From positions 12,379-76,378 of the forward strand of contig CBFIAU010000011.1 in assembly GCA_965660675.1 (NCBI GenBank): a stretch of 64,000 bases of DNA. The letters are read 5' to 3'. Within the stretch, counting starts at the first letter, position 1; the number at the start of each line of letters is the position of its first letter. Source of the stretch: Candidatus Puniceispirillales bacterium. Its GTDB lineage: Bacteria; Pseudomonadota; Alphaproteobacteria; Puniceispirillales; UBA1172. Both the position numbers and the translations under genes were made by a program. Below are positions 57,379 to 64,000 of this stretch, piece by piece. Under the pieces are notes generated by a model. That model saw only the letters and a program-made list of their open reading frames with translations. It ran no database searches and was not told the DNA's origin.

Positions 57379-59187
57379 TTATTCAGGACAAATATCGGAT
57401 AATTTGGTGATGTCGCAATCTTTTTGGGCAAGGCTTTGAATAACCGCACCGTCACCTGCTGCCAATGCCGCCACCATGCTTGACTCTCTGCCTGTTAGCT
57501 TGCTGTAAATCCATAGATTTGTCATGACATTTTTCACATAAAAGCGAGTTTCACGAGCGGGTAGTGATTCCAATAGCATCAGCTCATCACCACCATGATT
57601 GACTTTACCCGACCATTTTTTCAAATTGCCAGGTCCAGCATTATAAGCCGCCAGCAAGCGGATTAAATCACTGTCAACAACAGGCGATTCAAGCAGATAA
57701 AGGATGTAATCTTCACCCAAACGGATATTAATATCAGGGATCAGTAGCTCATGCCGCTTCGCATGTCGATAGCCGCCATCACGCGCGATATAGGCCGCCG
57801 TAGCAGGCATTAATTGCATTAATCCACTGGCTTTAGCCCATGATTTAGCGCGCGGATTAAATCCTGATTCTTGCCGCATAATAGCTAATAATAATGGTTG
57901 GCTGACCCTGATCGGTAATTTTGTATCAAAGTCGGGAACAGGAAAAAGCCCGCCATACCAATTCTTGTTGGTATCGTCGCGCAAAATACCTGCGGTGCGA
58001 AAGGCCAGCCCTGCCATATGCGTGTCTGCCGCCAACGCCATAAGCTTGGCCTTATCTTGCTCATTATGTTCATCCCAGAGATACCGAAGCTCACGGCTGG
58101 CATGATAGGTTTCGCCAACCTGCAGCAACGCAAATGCGCGCTGGCCTCCGGGGATACTGTTAAGCCAGTTAATATAATTTTGATCAACTTCAGGCAGAGA
58201 GAAATCAAGCCTGATATCTTGTCCCAATGCTTCAGCGGCTAACATGCCATAAAACGTATCTTGATAACGCGCCGCCCGGTTCAGATAAGTGATGGATTGA
58301 TTGGCATGGCCAGCCCGTAAATCGGCGCGGCTTGCCCAATATGCGCCTGCACTCGCCAGCGCATGATCAGCAACATCATCAAGATCAGCAAGGATATGCA
58401 TATAGGCTGAGGCTTGCTCAATATTACCGCTCCGCCATGAGGCAATGCCAGCAATCCAATAGGCGCGCGGCACCTGAACACCAGAGGCAAGCTTTAGGGC
58501 TTTTTTGGCTTGCTTTATCGCCTCATTATCTTTGCCATAAATGAAATATCCATGGGCAATATCGACCCGCAAAACAGCTTCTTCTAATTTGGTGAGATAG
58601 CGAAGTTTATTTTTATTAGCCAGAATCTTAACCGCACCCGTAGGATAGCCTGACCGAATTTTACGCCGAATATCACGGGCGATAGCGCGTGTCTTGGATG
58701 GCGACGACCTGTTCTCAAAGCTCATCGGGATAGCAACATATGAGCCGTCAGAATGGGCACGTCCATAGCCATTAAGATAGCCTTTTTTCGGCTCTTTTGG
58801 ATTTTTGTAATTGGCAGGCTGGCGCTTTTTGGCAAGCCGATAAATCCGCGTTGCCGAGGGGTGGTCGTTATATTTAGCCAGCCAATCACGCAATTCGATA
58901 TAGGTTGATCGCCAGCCTGTTGGATGCAGATAGCGCTGTGATAAGACGCGCCCCATCAGCACATCATTATCAAGGGTTTTGATAATTTTATCGGCTTGTT
59001 TCCATTTTTTATCTTGCTGGAGGGCAAAAATTTGCTGATAGCGATCAATATCAGCGGCAGAAAGTGGTTGCGGCAGATTAATGTCTGCTGAGGCCACAAT
59101 CGGTAGCATGACTAGCGCCAAAAGAGCCAGGACTAGCCGTGAAATCAGGCTAATCAGCATATGTTTGAGTTGGTCAGCAATATTCAT
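57379..59187 (-). CDS. Soluble lytic murein transglycosylase (Slt70-like)
   Basis: Trimmed to ATG 59187 (signal peptide LVLALLALVMLPIVASA). Catalytic region RQESGFNPRAKSWAKASGLMQLMPATA. Confidence 0.85.
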   Translation of the reverse strand: MNIADQLKHMLISLISRLVLALLALVMLPIVASADINLPQPLSAADIDRYQQIFALQQDKKWKQADKIIKTLDNDVLMGRVLSQRYLHPTGWRSTYIELRDWLAKYNDHPSATRIYRLAKKRQPANYKNPKEPKKGYLNGYGRAHSDGSYVAIPMSFENRSSPSKTRAIARDIRRKIRSGYPTGAVKILANKNKLRYLTKLEEAVLRVDIAHGYFIYGKDNEAIKQAKKALKLASGVQVPRAYWIAGIASWRSGNIEQASAYMHILADLDDVADHALASAGAYWASRADLRAGHANQSITYLNRAARYQDTFYGMLAAEALGQDIRLDFSLPEVDQNYINWLNSIPGGQRAFALLQVGETYHASRELRYLWDEHNEQDKAKLMALAADTHMAGLAFRTAGILRDDTNKNWYGGLFPVPDFDTKLPIRVSQPLLLAIMRQESGFNPRAKSWAKASGLMQLMPATAAYIARDGGYRHAKRHELLIPDINIRLGEDYILYLLESPVVDSDLIRLLAAYNAGPGNLKKWSGKVNHGGDELMLLESLPARETRFYVKNVMTNLWIYSKLTGRESSMVAALAAGDGAVIQSLAQKDCDITKLSDICPE

Positions 59188-59207
59188 GAGATATAGTTTA
59201 GCATAAA

Positions 59208-60101
59208 TCAGGACTGAATTTCTTCTATCTTTTTTGCAATCTGCCGAAAATCCTTCCATGCCAGTGCCTTTTGTTGGGGTGAGCGGAGCAGATAAGCCGG
59301 ATGCAATGTCGGCATGACAGGCAAAACAAGCCCTTCACCTGCATCAAAATCATACCATTGCCCACGAAGTTTTAAAATCCCCATATTAGTTGCCAATACC
59401 GCTTTTGCCGCCGCCCCACCAAGGCAGACAAGGATTTTAGGTGCAACTAATTGTATATGACGCCTTAAAACAGGCATGAATTGGGCGGTTTCTTGTGCCG
59501 TTGGTGTCCGATTGCCCGGTGGCCGCCATAAAATCGTGTTGGTGATATAAATCTGCTCACGAGGCAGACCGATAGATAGCAGCATCCGGTTTAGCAACTG
59601 GCCACTAACCCCGACAAATGGTTTGCCTTGCCTATCTTCATCTGCCCCCGGTGCTTCGCCGATAAACATGATATTAGAGGCGGGATCACCATCTGCAAAG
59701 ACAATTTGGGTGGCGGTGCGCTTGAGATCAGAGCCATCATAAGCTGCTGCCGCCTGCCGCAATTCTTCCAGTGTTTGGCATCTTGAGACGTCCAAAGCCT
59801 CAATTTTAGTGGCTTCAGAGCCGCCTTTAGCTGATCTATCTGTGATCCCTTGGTTTGGAAGATTAGTACCCGTTGGGGTATCTGCCCGCGCGTTAGCCGC
59901 TTGATCCGCATCATTATCCGTGATGCTCTGAGCGGCGCTCAGGTCAGGCGTGTCCATGATTGCTTCATCCGCACCCATCTCAACTTGCCAGCGCAAGGCG
60001 TCTAACATTTGCAGCGCATCATCGATTGGCTTAGCTGAGCGCATATTATTGTCAGATGCTGGCTGAGATGACGGAAATGAATTATTTTCTGACGACACCA
60101 T
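59208..60101 (-). CDS. Uracil-DNA glycosylase, family 4, with a low-complexity N-terminal extension
   Basis: IMFIGEAPGADEDRQGKPFVG (GEAPG motif), HPAYLLR. Confidence 0.82.
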   Translation of the reverse strand: MVSSENNSFPSSQPASDNNMRSAKPIDDALQMLDALRWQVEMGADEAIMDTPDLSAAQSITDNDADQAANARADTPTGTNLPNQGITDRSAKGGSEATKIEALDVSRCQTLEELRQAAAAYDGSDLKRTATQIVFADGDPASNIMFIGEAPGADEDRQGKPFVGVSGQLLNRMLLSIGLPREQIYITNTILWRPPGNRTPTAQETAQFMPVLRRHIQLVAPKILVCLGGAAAKAVLATNMGILKLRGQWYDFDAGEGLVLPVMPTLHPAYLLRSPQQKALAWKDFRQIAKKIEEIQS

Positions 60102-60238
60102 ATTATTTATTTTCCTTTTATATCCATTATAAATAGTATGGAGTAATTCTTATAAAACAATATCACAATTGCATTATAGTTAAATCAAAAATGGTTTAGC
60201 AAAACCGCTAAATCGACAGGTTGAGGGGTAGGGGTCTG

Positions 60239-61888
60239 ATGGAACGCGAATCAATGGAATTTGATGTAGTGATTGTTGGTGGTGGGCCATCTGGTCTATC
60301 AGCGGCAATCCGGCTGAAACAACGCGCTCAAGAAGAAGGTCGTGAGATTGAAGTCTGCCTGATTGAAAAAGGCGCTGAGATTGGCGCCCATATCTTATCA
60401 GGTGCTGTGCTTGAGCCGCGCGCGCTTAATGAACTTATCCCTGACTGGGCAGATAAAGGCGCGCCGTTGGATACGCCTGTCAAACATGACCGCTTCATGT
60501 ATCTGACAAAAACTGGATCATTCCGCCTGCCGACCCCGCCACAGATGAATAATCATGACAATTATATTATCAGCCTTGGCAATTTCTGCCGCTGGCTTGG
60601 TGAACAAGCCGAAGCTATGGGCGTTGAAATTTATCCGGGCTTTCCTGCGGCTGAAGTGCTTTATGACGATGATGGCCGTGTTCGCGGGATTGCCACTGGT
60701 GATATGGGACGTGATCAAAATGGTGAGCCTACGGATGCCTTTGAGCCGGGCATGGAATTACTTGGTAAGCAGACCATTTTTGCTGAAGGCTGTCGTGGAC
60801 ATCTGACAAAAACCTTATTTGATCGCTACGACTTGCGTGAGGGCAAAGACCCCCAAACCTATGCTATTGGCATTAAGGAGTTATGGGATATTGATCCAGC
60901 CAAATCTGAGCCTGGAAAAGTCTGGCATTCGGTAGGCTGGCCAGTCTCAAGCGATGTATATGGCGGATCTTTCCTTTACCACCTCAATGGAAATCAGGTA
61001 GCGGTTGGCTATGTCATTGGATTAGATTATAAAAACCCGCATTTATCCCCGTTTGATGAGTTTCAGCGTTTCAAAACCCATCCCAAGGTTAGAGACGTAT
61101 TTGAAGGCGGCCGCCGTGTATCTTATGGCGCACGAGCGCTTAATGAAGGCGGCTTCCAGTCAATTCCAAAATTGACTTTCCCTGGCGGCTGTCTCGTTGG
61201 CTGTACTGCTGGTTTCCTCAATGTGCCAAAGATCAAGGGTACGCATACCTCTATGAAATCGGGCATGCTCGCCGCCGATGCTGTCTTTGATGTTATTGCC
61301 AGCGCTGATGCTGCCGAAAATGCTTCTGGTCTTGAACCTGTTAGCTATGCCGAAAAGATTGAAGCCTCATGGCTCTGGAAAGAATTGCATAAGGTGCGGA
61401 ATATTCGGCCAGGGTTCAATCGCGGATTATGGCTAGGGATGGCTTATGCTGGCCTTGACACCTATATTTTGCGCGGCCGGGCGCCTTGGACATTCAAGCA
61501 TCACAGTGATCATGATCAGCTCAAGCCAGCCGCCGATATGCCCAAAATTGAATATCCTAAACCCGATGGTGTGGTCAGTTTTGATCGCAACTCATCTGTT
61601 TATTTATCTGGCACAAACCATACAGATGGTCAGCCTGTTCATCTTCAGCTTAAAGATACGTCTGTCCCTGTTGAACATAATCTGGCGCTTTATGATGCCC
61701 CTGAACAGCGCTATTGCCCGGCTGGAGTGTATGAGATTATCCGCGACGATGATGGAACTAATCCACGCCTGCAAATCAATTCACAAAACTGCGTGCATTG
61801 TAAAACTTGCGATATTAAAGACCCGACGCAGAATATTACATGGGTAACACCTGAGGGCGGCGGCGGCCCTGCTTATCCAAATATGTGA
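60239..61888 (+). CDS. Electron transfer flavoprotein-ubiquinone oxidoreductase
   Basis: Trimmed to ATG 60239. [20 protein letters not shown]-terminal 4Fe-4S region CPAGVYE...[12 protein letters not shown]. Confidence 0.92.
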   Translation: MERESMEFDVVIVGGGPSGLSAAIRLKQRAQEEGREIEVCLIEKGAEIGAHILSGAVLEPRALNELIPDWADKGAPLDTPVKHDRFMYLTKTGSFRLPTPPQMNNHDNYIISLGNFCRWLGEQAEAMGVEIYPGFPAAEVLYDDDGRVRGIATGDMGRDQNGEPTDAFEPGMELLGKQTIFAEGCRGHLTKTLFDRYDLREGKDPQTYAIGIKELWDIDPAKSEPGKVWHSVGWPVSSDVYGGSFLYHLNGNQVAVGYVIGLDYKNPHLSPFDEFQRFKTHPKVRDVFEGGRRVSYGARALNEGGFQSIPKLTFPGGCLVGCTAGFLNVPKIKGTHTSMKSGMLAADAVFDVIASADAAENASGLEPVSYAEKIEASWLWKELHKVRNIRPGFNRGLWLGMAYAGLDTYILRGRAPWTFKHHSDHDQLKPAADMPKIEYPKPDGVVSFDRNSSVYLSGTNHTDGQPVHLQLKDTSVPVEHNLALYDAPEQRYCPAGVYEIIRDDDGTNPRLQINSQNCVHCKTCDIKDPTQNITWVTPEGGGGPAYPNM

Positions 61889-61983
61889 TGTGATGCGGTT
61901 ATAGTTTGGCATAATCCATAAATTTCGCCATAATACGATCATGGACAATTTAATGATTGATCACATGAAATGGCTGAAATGGG

Positions 61984-63756
61984 GTGGTTATGATGATTGG
62001 TATTCGTCATGTCATGACGGCTAACGGTATTATGCCCTTCATCATTCGTGGCATCATGCCTTTTATTATGCCCGTTATCATGTCTGTTATCATGTTAACT
62101 ATGGCTAGCTGTACCAACCAGCCTACGCAAAACCTTCTGGATGAAATGGATGAGACTGATACCCCTTACTCTGTGACGGATCAGCATGACTCCGAATTAG
62201 CCGCGTTTATGGTTGGCCATTTTGCCCTGAAAAACGGCGATCTGTCGAAAGCCGCCGATGCCTTTACGCAAGCCCTCTCGCGCAATCAGGATGATCGCTA
62301 TCTCTTAAACCTCGCCTTTCAGACACAGTATTATAGCGGCAATATTGAGACCGCAAGCGACTTAGCGGCACGCATTGAGCGTAGCGATGACCAGATCATC
62401 CTATCAGGTGAGCCAGCCGCCGCCTTAGTCGCAATTGAAGAAGATTGGGAAGCCCTATATGTTTTAGCCAAGCATATGGCTGCTGATGGCCGCTCGCATG
62501 AAATCGGAACAATCATGGCGGCATGGGCATTAGCCGCCCAAGGACAAGGCGATGCTGGTTTAGTGATGCTTGATGCTATTGATCAATTTAATGATGGCAG
62601 CAGCTCACAAACCCGATTAAGCCAGCAAGCCTTATTAGCAGAATATATTGGCAATACGGAGCTGGCTCTAGCTAATGCGCTTGATGTTCTGGAACGCGAT
62701 AATTTAAATCAGAATATCATTCTGGATATGGCAGGAGTATTGCTTCGCAATGATAATGCCGATGATGCCAGACTATGGATAAACCGATTAGGGTGGAACT
62801 TTCCTCGCGCTCAGATGCTGGCTCAAATTGATGCCGGAACCTCACCATTACTGACCGCACCAAATGCCATAAAGGCTATGGCAACAGGCATTGTTACTAG
62901 TCAGATTGACCCTATTCAAAACAGCTATCAAGCCATTTCACTGGCGCGTCTTTATCTGGCGGCCTATCTTGACCAAGATAGTGCCTATGCAAAATATTTG
63001 ATTGCAGAATCCTATATTGACGCTGGTCTGATTGATGATGGTGTTGCAATATTGTCGCTTATTCCGCCTGATAGTATTTGGTTTATAGAAGCCCGGATGA
63101 GCATGGTATCGGCTATCCGCTCTGGCGGCACGGATAAAGCCCTTGGCAGGCAGATTATCAATGATTTGCTTGATGACTATCCCGAAAATCCATTGCTATG
63201 GGCAGAACAGGGCTTAACCGCACAGCGCAGTGATCGCCATAGCGAGGCTGAGATTGCATTTACCAAAGCGTTTACCTTAGGGCTTAATAATGGCCGTCTC
63301 CTCTATTACCTGGCGATTGCCCAAGCTGACCAAGGCAAAACGCAGATAGCAGAGGAGACATTTCGGCGGTCGATCGCGCTTTCCCCATTTAATGCTTATA
63401 GCCTCAATTATTTTGGCTATTGGCTAATTGAACAAAATCGGCAGTTGGATGAGGCCAAATCATTTATTCAGAGCGCCGTTGATAAACAGCCTGATAATGG
63501 CGCCTTTGTGGATTCGCTTGGCTGGGTCTATTTCAAAATGGGAGATTATCAAAATTCCCTGTTTTATCTGGAAAGGGCAGCGACTCTCATTCCTGATGAT
63601 CCTGTTATTACCGATCATTTAGGCGATGTCTATTTAGCATTAGGACGTTCAGCAGAAGCCATACATGAATGGCGGCGATCATTGGTATTCGCACCCGATG
63701 AGACGCTAAAGGCCGAAATTGAAGCCAAGATATCGAAAGTGCTTGATGATGAATAA
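61984..63756 (+). CDS. TPR-repeat lipoprotein
   Basis: Repetitive hydrophobic N-terminus ending in the lipobox-like LTMASC. TPR-like repeats near the C-terminus (AYSLNYFGYWLIEQNR..., ALGRSAEAIHEWRRSL). Start uncertain (GTG 61984 or a downstream ATG). Confidence 0.7.
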   Translation: MVMMIGIRHVMTANGIMPFIIRGIMPFIMPVIMSVIMLTMASCTNQPTQNLLDEMDETDTPYSVTDQHDSELAAFMVGHFALKNGDLSKAADAFTQALSRNQDDRYLLNLAFQTQYYSGNIETASDLAARIERSDDQIILSGEPAAALVAIEEDWEALYVLAKHMAADGRSHEIGTIMAAWALAAQGQGDAGLVMLDAIDQFNDGSSSQTRLSQQALLAEYIGNTELALANALDVLERDNLNQNIILDMAGVLLRNDNADDARLWINRLGWNFPRAQMLAQIDAGTSPLLTAPNAIKAMATGIVTSQIDPIQNSYQAISLARLYLAAYLDQDSAYAKYLIAESYIDAGLIDDGVAILSLIPPDSIWFIEARMSMVSAIRSGGTDKALGRQIINDLLDDYPENPLLWAEQGLTAQRSDRHSEAEIAFTKAFTLGLNNGRLLYYLAIAQADQGKTQIAEETFRRSIALSPFNAYSLNYFGYWLIEQNRQLDEAKSFIQSAVDKQPDNGAFVDSLGWVYFKMGDYQNSLFYLERAATLIPDDPVITDHLGDVYLALGRSAEAIHEWRRSLVFAPDETLKAEIEAKISKVLDDE

Positions 63757-64000
63757 TCAGGTGGCTTTGCTCGCTCCTGCAAAAATTAACCTTAATCTCA
63801 ATATTACTGGCCGCCGCGCTGATGGCTACCATCATCTTGATTCTGTGGCTATCTTTGCCAGCCTTGCTGACCACCTCACCATAACTCTGGCTGACCAAGA
63901 CAGCGTCACTATAACAGGTGCGATAGCGGCCGAGCTTGATCATATGGATACCAGTTTGCATGTGGCGCGTGATATGTTTCGGGCGCGAAGTGGATGGCAT
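63746..64000 (+). CDS. ispE: 4-diphosphocytidyl-2-C-methyl-D-erythritol kinase, N-terminal 85 codons (continues beyond the window)
   Basis: Absent from the ORF track because there is no in-window stop. MMNNQVALLAPAKINLNLNITGRRADGYHHLDSV matches the IspE N-terminal signature. Overlaps the TPR gene stop. Confidence 0.85.
   Translation, partial: MMNNQVALLAPAKINLNLNITGRRADGYHHLDSVAIFASLADHLTITLADQDSVTITGAIAAELDHMDTSLHVARDMFRARSGWH

Overview
Gene-dense chromosomal segment: about 58 protein genes, both window edges fall inside genes, and intergenic gaps are at most about 270 nt. I saw no rRNA, tRNA, CRISPR array, IS element, transposase, phage integrase or recognisable defence or toxin-antitoxin module. 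The gene content and order look alphaproteobacterial: secA / parvulin PPIase-argJ-mutT; accA-xerD; aroK-aroB; bolA / J-domain-cobS-cobT / rpmB; class I LysRS; groESL with CIRCE; ccrM; TPR-ispE. GC looks moderate by eye (not computed), which fits a marine Rhodospirillales/SAR116-like lineage, but that is inference only. Positions 1-32 kb and 46-64 kb are mostly housekeeping genes. Positions 32.8-46 kb look more accessory: a surface lipoprotein, GDH, MFS and DMT transporters, a six-gene catabolic operon with no regulator, pirin, and a GT4/sugar-nucleotide cluster. All family calls come from motifs read in the supplied translations; no database search was possible. I did not find a convincing new multi-gene system. 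The best candidates for follow-up are: (1) a CysD carrying an unrecognised in-frame N-terminal extension of about 160-185 aa; (2) the BolA / zinc-ribbon J-domain / CobS-like AAA+ / CobT-like VWA cluster, with no other cobalamin genes nearby; (3) the regulator-less LLM-oxidoreductase/4-OT/hydrolase/tartrate-DH-like/CoA-transferase/DMT operon, preceded by a 17-nt x3 tandem repeat; (4) three copies of the 8-mer GATCATGA that could form alternative hairpins over the start codon of a sugar epimerase gene; (5) a recurring pattern of short (12-28 nt) tandem duplications at gene termini, some carrying stop codons, and in frame inside aroB, pyrD and a TPR lipoprotein. The supplied ORF track omits the two edge genes (secA, ispE) and over-extends several 5' ends. 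Those starts were trimmed where a signal peptide, an RBS or a neighbouring gene supported it.
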